This document shows positions 26,183 to 40,862 of a DNA stretch of 64,000 nucleotides, in pieces. Origin of the DNA: Octopus vulgaris (taxonomy: Eukaryota); NCBI GenBank assembly GCA_951406725.2, contig OX597825.1:63674001-63738000 (forward strand). Direction: 5' to 3'. The number at the start of each line of letters is the position of its first letter. The stretch's first letter is position 1. The translations under genes were made by a program, and so were the position numbers. The notes under the pieces were generated by a model. That model was not told the origin of the DNA and did no database searches. It saw only the letters and a program-made list of their open reading frames with translations.

Positions 26183-26570
26183 GAATAACATTTTGAAAAA
26201 TTAAAATACGTTATATTACGTAAATTTGAGATTATTCTATTTATTATGAGAATATTAAAAAACAGTAAATATTTAAAAACATAATACAAAAATATAAAAA
26301 AATAAATTTGAATAAAAAAATGAAATCATGTATTTTGAAATATACAATTGAAATAGTTATTTCATTTATATGTATCAAGTACAAACAATAAAATATGAAG
26401 TTGTAAATAATATTGCACAGATTTTTTTTCACTTCAATTGAAATCCCATTACAATAAAAAGAAAAGATTGATTGCAAAAAATGGTCATTAAATGGTTTGA
26501 AATCAACCATATTCTAAGTCAATTCTTGCAGATTAAAACGTAAATCAAAAGTAAAATTTATTGGCATTAA

Positions 26571-26970
26571 TACAGCTGAAATTGCCTAATTTGTATTTGG
26601 CTACCTTGTTACTTCACCTAATTCGTCACTTTCAATTTTCTTCTAGGGTTGATTAATTAGGCGAATTCTACTGTATTTAAAAAAAATTTAAATACTGTTC
26701 TCTCTTTTTAAAATGTTGCGCCCATGGGCTCAAACACAGACATGAATAAATTTGCTTAAATTTGTTTTTTCTGAATATAAGCCCATAGGCTTCAAATCGG
26801 AAGGGTTTATTATAGAAAAAAGTAATGTTTTTATAATTTTTGTTTTAATAAACTATAGTAAATTTTAAAAATGTTATTGTCAGCTGCAATATCTTAAGTA
26901 CAGTAGAATTTTAATTCTAAGTACTTTTTAGTTTACTTTAGAAGTGACGAATTAGACAAATTCCACTGTA
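26571..26970. mobile_element. Two short Tc1/pogo-type MITE remnants (26571-26675 and 26899-26970)
   Basis: TAcag.tgaaattgcctaatt / aattaggcgaattctactgTA and TAcagtagaatt / aattccactgTA inverted ends, with TA dinucleotides. Confidence 0.5.
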
Positions 26971-27048
26971 GAAATCCTGGTCTGTACTTTTCCAGGTGTA
27001 ATAGTTTAAGAATATTAACATGCATACATCCGCATTTTTCGTTGTAAT

Positions 27049-27208
<160 letters not shown>

Positions 27209-28482
27209 TTAAAGACAAAAAGAAAACTGCTATGGTGAGAATTGTATCGTGAACAAGAAAAAAGATTTATATCATTAGTAAAATATGGTACCGCATTGTT
27301 ACTTCTTCAGAGATTATTGTTCCCGCTAATTTCCTTTCCACGACTATGTAAGGAATTTGTGAGGCACCCCTCCAGTGCTAACCTCACTTCCAACCAACAA
27401 AAATATGTAGCTAAAGTACTATATGGATCCAAGCAATAGATTATGATGTACAACATCTAAGAAAGGACCATACCTAAATATAGCATCAATATAGTGATTT
27501 GACCCAAATTCCGTCTATTCCTTGTTATATTTATTCAGTCGTTTTAATTCACAAACATCACAAAGCGTTATATGTATATAACGTAAAATAACATATTTCA
27601 ATTTATCTCGAAGTTTATTCTGTTTACCATTACTCAGCTACCTTTGTCTCACATTTTATAAATCAATTCTCACTCCTTTATATTCTCGTTGTAGCCTATT
27701 ACAGATATTTATGTTTACAGTTCATTAATTTATATCTTAACATCAAATGTTTAGAAACAATTTCATCTTATCTTGTAGCTGAAATGAGTACACCGTTTGA
27801 TCTAACAAATCACTTCTATTCAATTTTCGTCTATTTCTTATTTTCTTCTGCAATATGTATAAACACGCTGTTATTCTGGAAGTAAATCTATGGCATTTGC
27901 TTTATCAAACAATGTTCATATTTACAATAATATAATGTCTAGCCCATCACATTATATTTGACAACATACGCCAAACTGTCAAGAGAATATACACTAAAAT
28001 ATTCAAAATGATATTGATATGTCAATATGCTGATTGAAACGAAATACATAATTGCTGTTTATTTAGTTAATCAATGTCAAACATTTCTTTTATATTCTGC
28101 TACATTTCGAAACCAATGGTTCCTCGGTCGATACTGAATGAATGTTAATCTGTCCCTTAGGTCCAGTATACTTGGATAAGTACAATGGTGATTCAAAGTG
28201 CCAGAAACAGAACAGGTTTATTCTGTGTATCTTCATTTGAAGAACCAAGAATCTGTGATGTTTTGATACTAATATATGAATTACACATATATATATATAA
28301 CAGTTCAGTAAAAGCATACAGGTATTTGCATATGCTTTCACCACTTGAGCCAGGAAAATAATTTCAAAATGTTGCTAATACGTAGGGAATTTATATTCGC
28401 GTCATTTGTGCTTGAAGCTCTAAGAACTCGGTGAATGTTGTGTTGTACTATCATTATTATTATTCCGGATTTCTATCGATGC

Positions 28483-28618
28483 TGCTAGCATCGTTAGCGA
28501 TCCGGGCAAAATATTTGGCTGCCTTTTGTCCGTCTTTACGATCTGAGTTCAAATTCCACCGACGTCGACTTTGACCTTCACTTCTTCTGGGTTGATAAAA
28601 TAAGTAACAGCTGAACTC
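28483..28618 (+). mobile_element. SINE family B partial copy
   Basis: cgttagc..ccgggcaaaa...tctgagttcaaattcc...gtcgactttg...gggttgataaaataagta. Confidence 0.75.
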
Positions 28619-30133
28619 TGTTGCTTATTTTTTTTTTGGAAGCAGCGAATGTATATCGCATCATACAGTAAGTATCGTATCATAGATAAGAAAGTAAGTT
28701 TGACCGTGAAAACAGTTTGTTAATATATGTTGTTAATTGGGTTAATTTGGCAGGAATTGTTGTGAAGAGGCAGTTTAGCTTAATTGGTAGGGTAGTCAGT
28801 TTAGCTTAATTGTTAGGGTAGTTACGGGAGGTTCGGGTTCCAGTCACGTGGCTGTTTGCTGGCAATATTTTCCCGTCATATAAGGGTAAAATACCCAATT
28901 TTTCTGCTGTCTTCACGGCTATACTGCATTCAAAATATATGCAACAACATACGTAAAGAAATGAAGCGTCGAATGTGTATCGTATGATACACATTGAGTG
29001 TGATAAAATATATATTCCACGCTTCAAAAAACAAAGAAATTCGTTACTGATGTTGTTGCATATATGTACATACATATGTATGTGTGTATTTATAGGGAAG
29101 AGTTGTCGGATCTGTTTTTTTAGGGGTGGGGGATTTGGTGGATGAGTATGACGATTGTTCAATTCTCAGAGTAAGCAATTTATTCCGACCTAAATCATGG
29201 TACTTCATCTCAGGTTATTCCATTTTCCTCTCCTCCAAAAAGTACGCTTTGCTCAGTGCTGGCAATGCAAATTTTTTTTCCAGCTATCACATCCTTGATG
29301 TTCAGATTGTTTAATCAAACGGAGTTGAAGAGTGTATATATGCCCAAAAAATTATGGAATTAATAAAAAATATGCTAGAGGCTACTAAACCATAGTCGTT
29401 CTAGTGGTTACATTGAGCAGCTACCCATGAGACTTACCGGTCTAGGGGCGCAATTCCGATCTACGTACGCTTCAGCTTGCTGTCAATAAAATACTATTAT
29501 AGGGCCCAGTGCATTAATTTGCCCGAGGCCCTATAATGCTGCATAGACGACCCTAGAGATGACTCTCTCCCCCTCTCTCTCTCTCTCTCTCTCTCTGTTT
29601 CTCTCTTCCCGCATACATAGTATACATATGTGCGTGCGTGTCTCTGTGTGAGTGTATTTTGACACACACGTATCATGAACATCGTTTGGATGTCTATGCC
29701 TATGAGAAAATAGGTTTAACTGAGTAAGTATGAAAAATTGGTATTTTCTAATGATCACACCCACTACTCATCACAATTTACTCTATAAACCATTTCAGTT
29801 TATGAGTTTTGTTCCTTGCTCCTCATGACAAAAAATGACCATACTTAGTATAAGTGAGACACTTATCTAACAAATAATATCGGTTTGCCAAACTTTGAAA
29901 CCATAGAGAAGAATATGAACACCTGGTGAACATTTATAATCGTGCTGTTAAGCCTATTACAGCATTGAAATTAGTATCTAAGTATGCACACAAGCAAAGA
30001 TTTAAAGGGGCTACTGAAAGATGCACACAAGGAAAGTAAACAGAAAACATCGCCACGATCCTAGTCTTAAGTAGTATACGCATACATATACATATATCTC
30101 AACTTCAAACTCATCTATATATTTTTGGTTGGT

Positions 30134-30169
<36 letters not shown>

Positions 30170-30457
30170 CCTCAATGAGTGGGGTATATAATCCTTTGTG
30201 TATTAGCTTTGCGTTTATAAAAGTGTAAATAGTGTTACCATTTTAAATATTCAACTTTTTGTACGTTTAAAGATGTTGATATATAGTATGCTATTATTTT
30301 AAATACATTTTCTATGGTGATTAAAACAAAGAAATGCTAAAATGAGTTTCTGAATGCTCATGTCCAACGACAAGGTTAAGTAAATTTATAGAGAATACAG
30401 GCATACGCATGCACACACACATTCAGAATGACATAAACATATGTATAGATGTATTGG

Positions 30458-30533
<76 letters not shown>

Positions 30534-30597
30534 CATATATAAATATATATACACAATAACATATATATATATGTTTAAGCATTGATGATTATATTCA

Positions 30598-30631
<34 letters not shown>

Positions 30632-32049
30632 TGAATAAGTATAAAGTATGTTTACTGAGATGCCCGGAAAGAGAACTTGAAACTGAAGGAGAGAGAGCGG
30701 GAGAGAGAGAGAGAACGAGTGTGAGAGAGCTGGAAAGGTTTTGAAGCAAAGGTTCATTTTTCAAAATAAAGAGCTTGATAAGGTTTCAAAAGGAAGGGAA
30801 ATGAAATTTTCCTATTGAGAGAATGTAATTTAAGCAAATGGTTCACGTAAAGATGAATGAATTTAGAAAACGAAGGTAGAGAGATAACAGAGTCGTTTTG
30901 AATGATACAGCAAAACATTGTGGCACGAATTTAATGATTTAGCTCGAAAGGAAAAAAATACACAAACCAAATCTCAGGATAGTGTGAAATAGCCGTAATG
31001 GAAACTCTGAAAATGATAAGTTAAATATTATGGCAAGGGCAATGAGTGTTGGTAGGAGAGTGAAACAAAAATAAAGGGAAATACGCCAGGGTTGAGAGAA
31101 AGAATTGATTAGATTATTTTCTAAAGAACATACAATAAAAAATTAGTGTCAGCAGAGAAGCACATAAATGCATTTGTGTTTAAAAGTGAACATTTCCTTT
31201 GTCCTTGTACACTGTAGTCTCGCTGTTTTATTTTCGCTGCCAAAATCAATTTTCAATTGCGACTTCCCACCAAACATTTAAATTGACCATTATTGGCAAA
31301 AGCTTAAACTTGTGAAGATTTCAATTGGAAAATTCTTCAGATCTTTCATACGTAATACTTTGACTTGATGGTATTGTTTGTTTACCACTTTCGTTTTTAT
31401 ATGAAATTGTATTTGTCTCTTGCTGATGTTCATATTTACTTCGTGTTGTCCTTTTGTTATATTATTATATATTTCTCTTTTTCTATCGTGAGTGCTATGT
31501 TCTTCTTTTGTTGTTTTGTTTAGTTGTTATTGTTGTTGCTGTTTTTGTTGTTATCGTTGTTGTTGTTTCTGTTGTTGTTGGTTCTGTTGTTGTTGTTGTT
31601 ATTATTATTGCCGATGTTGTTGTTTAGCCCCAGACTATTACTAATAGTACATACGTATAGTACAAATATATGTCAGTGTTGAATATCCCGTAATGTTTCA
31701 GAGATAGTTCATTTCGAGACACGTAAATACTACTTCTAAAATAGTACACGAGCACGGAGATACCTTTTCTTTGCCATTTTGTCTTTTGTATATAATTCTG
31801 GAAATATAGAATTACAAAATTATATTTCTAATACAGGAATAGTTACAAGGATAATGTTTTGTCACACATTATTGAGTACCTTGCACCGTTTCTCATTAAT
31901 TCTCGCTATTTATTCCTCCTTTCAATCCAATGCTTTGTGCCACAATTTTTTCAGAAATTGATTATCCAGAGACATCACCTACATAAAAAGCATTTCAGTT
32001 AATATATTCAACTCAAAGATCATGCAGTAAACAATTATGCGATGAAGAA

Positions 32050-32500
32050 TGTAAACTATGTTAGAAATAGAGTAATATTTTCGCTGTATAAGCAACTGTA
32101 TTGGAAAAGTATGGACTTTTCCGTATATTTATGAGCGCATCAAAGACGTATATGCTTCCGTTTACTCCTCAATGTAGTGAGATAAAAATCCCACATGAAA
32201 TTTAAAAGGATACAAAGCGGTTTTTCTAAAAACGTAGAATTGATGAGACGATAAATACACAGAAGTACCGTTCGGGTAGTTGCATTAAAGAGGTAATTAA
32301 GAAATAACAATTATTTGTTATGGTTATTTCTACAGATCTTCTATACAAATTATAGTCAGCATTGATTAATGGATTGCATTGGTTCTGATGAAGGAGCACA
32401 ATCTCCTGTAATATGGAATATTTGTCCATTACATATTTTTCATCACCGATCTGATCGTTATATACACCAGGCGTCTCGGATTCGTGGTGATATAACATTA
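32050..32500 (-). mobile_element. Very degenerate LINE (APE endonuclease region) remnant
   Basis: YNDQIG...VMDKYSI...EITITNN loosely resembles 'DFNAQIG...VMGKYG...L.ITNT.F'. Confidence 0.3.
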
Positions 32501-33328
32501 TTAGTGCGGGTTACAATTTTTATACGAAATCCGTAGAGGTATCCATAGCAAGTGATATAATAGCACTGCTAACACAATAGAACACAGTATTGACTTATAA
32601 AAACGTTTTAATATACTTTGTAGGATATTATGGTTGCATAATGAAATACGATGTCCGTACAGGTCATTAATAAGAAACAAAATATAACAGAATTTCTTAT
32701 CGAGTTTCTTGAAATAATTAATCTATTGTTAAAGACTATGGAATTGATAATAGCGGTTCACTTGATTTGTTCAAAGTACATAATCGATGAGACAGACAAT
32801 AAGTGGAAACTGCGCATCAAAATGTGTTGATCAGGCGAAGGCTGTTACTGGCCAAGCTGATTAATTCATCATCTACACCATATCTAGGGAAATGGTGTCA
32901 CATGTGGAAGTGTCGTGACACTAGCATTAGAAATTCAGAGACAACCACACAATGTTTTGATTGGTTGAGTCATACAGCAAATCTCTTGGCTGTTGCAGTT
33001 ACAGCTACATAGCATTGAGCTTGATGGGTAATAGTAAACCTGTTTTATTTCGAGGATATCAACAAAACCAGTGAAATGGCAGGGAACTCTTCTTGTGCTG
33101 TAACAATGCAGAAACAATATACGGTCTAGCATTCTCACATAAAGATGTGAAACCGTAATGACTTTTTAGCGCTCTTAAGAAATTTCAGGACACAAAAATA
33201 GGAGAGGAAGCTCTGCATTGTGGAGACACGGAAGAAAAAATGGGAAACACAGAAAAGAAACGGCACATTATTTCTGATTCTCTTACGAACATTCAGACAC
33301 TTATTCAATGTCGTTATTTTTTTCTGGA

Positions 33329-33708
33329 AGCACTCCGTCGGTTACGACGACGAGGGTTCCGGTTGATCCGAATCAACGGAACAGCCTGCTCGTGAAATTA
33401 ACGTGTAAGTGGCTGAGCACTCCACAGACACGTGTACCCTTAACGTAGTTCTCGGGGATATTCAGCGTGACACAGAGAGTGACAAGGCCGGCCCCTTGAA
33501 ATACAGGTACAACAGAAACAGGAAGTAAGAGTAAGAGAAAGTTGTGGTGAAAGAGTACAGCAGGGATCACCACCATCCCCTGCCGGAGCCTCGTGGAGCT
33601 TTAGGTGTTTTCGCTCAATAAACACTCACAACGCCCGGTCTGGGAATCGAAACCGTGATCCTATGACCGCGAGTCCGCTGCCCCAACCACTGGGCCATTG
33701 CACCTCCA
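33329..33708 (-). mobile_element. SINE family C (tRNA-Arg-like head), full-length
   Basis: Head ggaggtgcaatggcccagtggttggggcagcggactcgcgg..ggtttcgattcccagaccggg (A and B boxes) is shared with 61060; 3' module is shared with 6036. Confidence 0.9.
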
Positions 33709-34157
33709 CGAATGTCGCTATTACATAATATTAAATGGAATGTCCATGCTATACAATTCAGCCTGGAAGAACAAGTGTTGCAGCCTTTCATGCAAAGGCT
33801 GCAACACTTCATGCAAATATAGTTAACACATATGCAAGTTAAAATTCATGCGAGAAAGAAGAGGGGAACCTGATTCGAACTGCGTTATTTACTGGCTTCT
33901 ATAATAGAACAACAGTAAAATATATGGGCATTCGGCCGGTACTCGCGTTAGTCTACCTGGTTTACAATCTGGTAATATATCACGTGGTAGGTGAGTGCAG
34001 TGTCGAAACAATATTCTCTCACTCGTATATAAACATATATAGAGCACACACACGTACACATACAGGTCTGCTGACGGCTTCGTAGGGTAGTAGTGGAAAG
34101 GTGATGCTTTTAGTTTACATTGGTGTTGTAGTGACATCGATTAGTCAAGAAAAAAGG

Positions 34158-34251
34158 TGGTTCGTGGGATGAATAATAACTCATCCCACGAACCATTTAT
34201 TAACTTCATCCCACGAAGAGGCAGTAATAACTTCATCCCACGAAGAGGCAG
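34158..34251. repeat. Perfect 15-bp hairpin followed by two 24-bp direct repeats of the same motif
   Basis: tggttcgtgggatga-ataataac-tcatcccacgaacca; taacttcatcccacgaagaggcag at 34201-34224 and 34228-34251. Confidence 0.9.
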
Positions 34252-34999
34252 GAAATTTGTTCTATAAATCCATGTAGATGATGACATTTCAGTGCTGTCC
34301 TTTTAAGCGAGTGTACTTTAAAACTTTCTTTGTTTTATTTTAATTTAATTTAAAGCAGTTTAATTGCAAATCTAAGCAAATTCTGTTGTGAATGGATTAT
34401 ATTTCAAATTGCTTTCTGAAGATTAATTATATGAATAGTTCAGAGAAGCAGATTTTAATTCAATCTGTCTCTGTGCATATACGAAAGGATTGTCTCATAT
34501 AACATTATTTATAAATTTCTACTACAACCTCACATCTAACAATTATTACGATTCTTCAGTTTGACTGTTGATGCTATTGCTTGTTACTCAATTGAAAATA
34601 TTTTGTTGTTGTATAATTGGCGCGGATAGAGTAACTGCTGTAGTTTTGGAGACGCCACAGTTCACTCTAGACCGAGCTGTCTTGTGTTCAGAGATATTTT
34701 GACCAGTATATAACTATGATTAATTTTCAATTGTTTTGTTTCAAAGACAAGACTTTTAAAAAGCTGTTATCTGTGGGAATTACAATGGCAGCTGGAAGAG
34801 TTTTGAAATATTCTTGGTGGAAATGATGCAAAAAATTGGTGGAAAAGTAGAAGAAACTACTACTTATAGCCTTCTACCGATACTGAACTGGTACCGGAAA
34901 AATCTCGACCCATCCCTCATTAGCCATTGGCTCCTGGTGTCTCATTTCTTTTTACTTTGGCTGAGTTTATCCAAGATCATCCAATATGGGATCTGAACT

Positions 35000-35760
35000 T
35001 GTTACTAATACATCCTATATACGTGTCCATTTCAATTCGGTTTACTTTTTCTCTTGTTCTGTACAATCATCACTTCTGCATAGCTTACCATGTATGGAAT
35101 GGTGAAATTTCTATGTAACGAAGTAGTCCTAATTGTACGATACCAATTATATGCAATATTCAACTAACGTATATTCGAATTTGACTGGATGAAATTATGG
35201 TAGATATTATACATACACTCGGATGTATTTTATATATGTTCCTTGAAAATTATCTATTCTGTGTGATACTTCCACATTTTTGTAGATGGTAGGTGGCATT
35301 TAGCTTTCGAAAGTCATTGCTTGATGTAAGAAAGCCCTAACACTACTTTGAATATCATGTCAAAACTTCATAATTTGTTTCATAATACAGAGTCATTGCT
35401 TGCATTTTTGATTAAGAATACTTAATGCCTGTGTAACCTTATATAAGTTTGACAGAAATTTGTGCAGAACGGAAAAAAGCTGTTCAAGATATTATCCATT
35501 GCTTCTCACTTTATAATCTGCTATTCCCAAAATGACATCTGCATTCACAGTTTGGTTTCATCAGCAAGTGAGTTGACATCAAGTAGTATTTATGATAATA
35601 TTCTTTCTGCTGCTTATCAAAGAAATGTAGAGGGACCCAGCAAATACTGTAGCAATGATGTAATAGAAAAAGTTTATGCTCGTCTCTAATAAGAAATCAA
35701 GGAGAAGTAATTGACAAACCATTTATGAAATACACAACATGTTGCCGTTTTCTAGATGGC
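35000..35760 (-). mobile_element. CR1/L2-like LINE RT remnant
   Basis: Minus strand tgctgggtccctctacatttct resembles VLGPLLF; cttgctgatgaaaccaaactg resembles FADDTKL; frames are disrupted. Confidence 0.55.
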
Positions 35761-36005
35761 ATACACAAGTTACACTAAAGAAAGTAATAATGAATGGTAC
35801 ACTATAGGCCTCAAAGCAAATACGAGTAGCGGAATCCTAACGTCTTCACATCGCATTTGAAGTATATCGATGAAAAACCTTCTACATATAATAACTGCAA
35901 CCAAATAACCATACATGCACATACACACACATACATACACACGCACGCATGCGCACACACACACACATATATACACACATCATTAAATATATATGAGGGG
36001 GATAT

Positions 36006-36238
36006 ATATTTCTTTACTGCCCAGAAGGGACTAAACATAGAGGGTACAAACAAGGACAGACGAAGGAATTTAGTCGATTATATCGCCCCCAGTTCGAAAC
36101 TGGTACTTTATTTATCGACCCCGAAAGGATGAAAGGCAAAGTGGACCTCGGCGGAATTTGAACTCAGAACGTAACGACAGACGAAATACCGCTAAGCATT
36201 TCGCCCGGCGCGCTAACGTGTCTGCCAGCTCGCCGCCT
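36006..36238 (-). mobile_element. SINE family B, near full-length young copy
   Basis: Reverse complement of 17354-17583 (tttatcgaccccgaaaggatgaaaggcaaagt...tgccagctcgccgcct). Confidence 0.92.
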
Positions 36239-36454
36239 TTTATGAGGGCGATATAAACACCTACTTTGTTAGAAACCAGTCTGGGAACATCTCGACCGGT
36301 GCTTGTTGGGAGATTACGGTCCCTGTTAGCATGCATATGTACAATTATGTGGTTTGACTGCAACATTGGAGTGCTTAGCACTTATATCTAGCAATGTATG
36401 TGGTTATAAAACCCTCAGTTATATTTCATGACGGTCATAGTTCATGCTGCCTAC

Positions 36455-36495
<41 letters not shown>

Positions 36496-37198
36496 ATATA
36501 CAATTTTAAAATAAGATAAAATCTTTATAAGTATTTATCAAGTAGTTAGCGTGAAAAGCCTCATAAGAGAAAAATCCACTTAAATATATTTATTTATATT
36601 ATATAGAAGGCATTAATATACATAAATGCCACACGCTAGGAGGGACTCTTAAAGTCAAAACTACCAAAATAAATAAACACATCATACCGAATGCATCTCT
36701 CGAAGCAAGTCATTTAAAAACAGAATTTAGCTGCAGATCACCGTGATTTCATAATTAGTGCAGTAATGCACTTTTTAATAACTAGTGCAAGCATAATTCG
36801 AGATTTATAACGAATGAACAAAATCAACATACCTGATGAACGACCAATGTGTCCAACGTAGCATATAGAAATGTTCACCCTTTATGTATCTATGCAAATG
36901 GCAGGCTTTTTCCAATTGTATTTCGGTAACAACGTGCTTATTTACTTCGTGCTTGTTTACTTAATTCATGGTAGGGAGAATTCCGTAATAAATATTAATA
37001 TAAACTTAAGGTTGTAAATGCGATAACCAAAGTGTCCCATAGATATATATTTTGGCTATAGTAATAGAAATCAAATTTACTAACTTTTTAAGGGTAACCG
37101 GTTCAAATTTACTTAAATAAAGATTGTAATTCCTATATTATGGTAGGCAGAATTTAGTGAATCGATAGAAATCACTAATATAACCAAAGAGGTATCAA

Positions 37199-37537
37199 GA
37201 ACTGTTCTTGATGAAATAATCAATAACCTTATTTACAAAATGAGGGACCATATGTAGTACATATCCAAACTCTATCAATACTTTCAAAAGTAACACACAA
37301 TATCGTTGTCATAAGAATACAATTTATAAACTATACAGTACTACAATAATTATTATTTTATTTATTAAATTTATTTATTATTATTATCAATTAATCAATA
37401 AATTGAATAAGTGTATTTATACACTCATTCATTTAATATCCAAACAATTATTAAGGACTGTTCTCGATGAACTGATCAATATTATTATTTAGAAAATGAG
37501 GGACCATACATAGTGCATATCCAAACTCTGTCACTAC
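37199..37537 (+). repeat. ~83-bp imperfect direct repeat (~37199-37281 and ~37456-37537)
   Basis: actgttct.gatgaa.t.atcaata..ttattta.aaaatgagggaccata..tagt.catatccaaactct occurs twice. Confidence 0.85.
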
Positions 37538-37541
37538 AGTA

Positions 37542-37604
<63 letters not shown>

Positions 37605-37607
37605 TTA

Positions 37608-37665
<58 letters not shown>

Positions 37666-37748
37666 GGTCCCGGGTTGATTCGGGGTTAACCACAGTAAAT
37701 AAGGTACTCAATACATAGAAGAGTAAAATTAATTTATTATATAGAAGG

Positions 37749-37799
37749 AGCTTCTACAGGACTAGAACTGTTTCATTCAAGAGAAATCTTCAGGAAGCT
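37749..37799 (-). ncRNA. Type I hammerhead ribozyme (3' pLTR, sense to the PLE ORF)
   Basis: Exact reverse complement of 41301-41351. Confidence 0.85.
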
Positions 37800-37938
37800 A
37801 GTTAACAAGAATTGTATTGGCATTTATACATTTATACATTTAGGCAGGTTTAAAGGGGTGGTGGTGGGGGACTTTTTAGGGGTAGGCATAGCGCAAAAAT
37901 ATCATACTTGGGGGAGTGGTCAAGGAGTCAGTGGTAAA

Positions 37939-38166
37939 TTAGATAAAATAATAAATAAAAGAATAAAAAAATAAAAAAATAAAAAAATATATAGAAAAAT
38001 ATATAGAAGAATAGAGTTTTAGGTAAATAAGGAGATTCTCACTTATACCTATACACATATGTATACATATATACACACACACACACACATATACATACAC
38101 ACATACATACACACACACACATATATATATACACATATATATACATACATACATACATATACCTAC

Positions 38167-38197
<31 letters not shown>

Positions 38198-38828
38198 CAT
38201 ATACACATACATATGCATACACATACACACACACATGTATATATACACACACGACCACACATACATATACACACAAAAAAATATATACATACACACACAT
38301 ACACATACACACATACACACACATATCCACATACACACATGCACACACAACACACAAGTCCCTATATACACATATATACATATACACATATATATACATA
38401 TATATACATATATATACATATATATATATACATATGTGTATCTATACCTACACATACACACATGTATACATACAAATACAGACCCATTCCTAATTTTAAT
38501 TTTATTATCTTCATTTATTACTTTTGTTATCTTTGACCGCTGGTCACAAGCGTCTTGGCTACGACAGCAAGTCCAATTATCTTTCTACTTGAACACAAGC
38601 ACGCACTCACGTACACACACTCATTAGCACGCACACTCACTCATTCGTACACTCATACACATACACGCACGCACGCGTTATATTCATACATACATACATC
38701 TACATACACTCACATATATACACATACGTACGCATACCTACAGATTCCTGTCTACAAGCTTAGAAGACTAGTCTATACATATACACCAATAAATATATAT
38801 ACACACATACATATACACCTACATACAA

Positions 38829-38872
<44 letters not shown>

Positions 38873-39371
38873 GTATATATACTTACATACATACACCCAT
38901 ACATACATACATATATACACATACACCCACCCACACGCGCATGCATACACATACATATACATACACATACACATATATATATACATGTATACATATATAT
39001 ATATATATATACACATACATACATATACATACATACATATACATATATACACACACACATACATACACATACATATACATATACATGCGTACCCATACAC
39101 ACACACACACACGCGCATCCATATATACACATTAGTACACACATGCGTAAAAGTATACATATATCTATACATATGCTTACGCATACACACACACACGCGC
39201 GCCTCCTTATGTTCATACTTACATGCATACTCAAAAAAATAAATAATAATAAAATATATATACGTGCAGTTATTCATATACATACATGCATACTCAAAAA
39301 ATAAATAGTAAATATTAAGTATATATACGTGCAGTTACCTATTATACAGACGGATACATACATACAAACTT

Positions 39372-39418
<47 letters not shown>

Positions 39419-39575
39419 CCTACACCTATGTACATATACATACACACATACATAACTCTACGTACCTACATATACATAAACACACGAGCGTACACGCATA
39501 TGTACATATACACATACACATACACACACATATATACATACATACATATACATACACACACATATATATACACAC

Positions 39576-39614
<39 letters not shown>

Positions 39615-39661
39615 CATACACACACACATATACATACATATACATACACACACATACACAT

Positions 39662-39704
<43 letters not shown>

Positions 39705-39807
39705 TATATACATATACATACACATACATACACATACATATACATATACACACATACACACACATACATATATACATACACATACACATACATATACATA
39801 CACACAT

Positions 39808-39849
<42 letters not shown>

Positions 39850-40054
39850 GTGTGCAAACATACATACATACTCATACACACACACACACTTACATATACA
39901 TATATACACACACTTACACACATATATATATATATATATATACATATATATACATATATACACATATACACATATGTACACATACACACACATATTCACA
40001 TATATATATATACATATACATATATATATATATATACATATATACACATATATA

Positions 40055-40088
<34 letters not shown>

Positions 40089-40445
40089 TACACATACCTA
40101 CACATACACACATATATACATATATACATACATATACACACATACTCACACACACACATATATATACATACATACACATACACATACATATATATATATA
40201 TATATACATACATATACACATGCACATACGTATAACTCTACATACCCACATATACATATATATATATATACACACACACATACATGCACATACACATAAC
40301 TTTACATACCTACATATACATCGACATACTCGCGTACACTTATATATATATATATACACATACACATACACATACACATATACATATACATATATATAAA
40401 TATATATATACACACACATATATACATATACAAGCGTGCACATAC
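37939..40445. repeat. ~2.5-kb compound (CA/TA/CATA)n low-complexity tract within the PLE 3' UTR
   Basis: Direct inspection; it is the source of many spurious ORFs. Confidence 0.9.
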
Positions 40446-40528
40446 AATATGTGAAAGGTCTTAGGAGAAAAGGTAATCGGGGGTGCTAGGGGAACGGTGG
40501 GAGTGGGGGGTTTGTGGGTGGGGTGTCA

Positions 40529-40862
40529 TCAATCTGGTTGCCGGGTAGGTCTATAGTTCTTGTAGTTTGCATAATTCCTATGCATGCAATTTGGGGAGTG
40601 TTCTGAGATCTTGTTAAGGAGAGGTCCTTTGGCGAACAAGATCTCTAGGCTCTCCGAAATGCAAAGGTCACAGCAGGTATGGCCTCCTGTGTACGAACGC
40701 GCCTTCTGTAGTAGTTTCCACTTGGTCTTGAAGGGGATGGAGTTCCTTTTAAGGTACCAGATGTGGGCGGCGAGGGTAGTTTGGTTGGATTTATCCGGTC
40801 GCCGGAACGAGTGTGTGTGGGCGTACCAACGGGTCTTAAAGCTGTTTGACGTCATTCCGAGG
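40529..40862 (-). pseudogene. Penelope GIY-YIG endonuclease C-terminal fragment
   Basis: LGMTSNSFKTRWYAHTHSFRRPDKSNQTTLAAHIWYLKRNSIPFKTKWKLLQKARSYTGGHTCCDLCISESLEIL...LLNKISE...CMHRN matches PLE EN motifs (YIG.T...FK.R...H..SF, T.L..HIW.LK, W.I...A..Y, C.LC..E...I, LLN.R.E....C.H). Confidence 0.92.

Noticed and set aside
28160-28214. Possible small exon (cccttAG...AG|GTTTAT)
   Set aside because: Weak donor and no recognisable peptide
34158-34251. CRISPR-like short direct repeats
   Set aside because: No unique spacers, only 2-3 units, eukaryotic context and no cas genes
36828-36866. CTGATGA..gac-caatgt-gtc-caacgta possible hammerhead
   Set aside because: GAAA is absent and stem I does not pair; too degenerate to call
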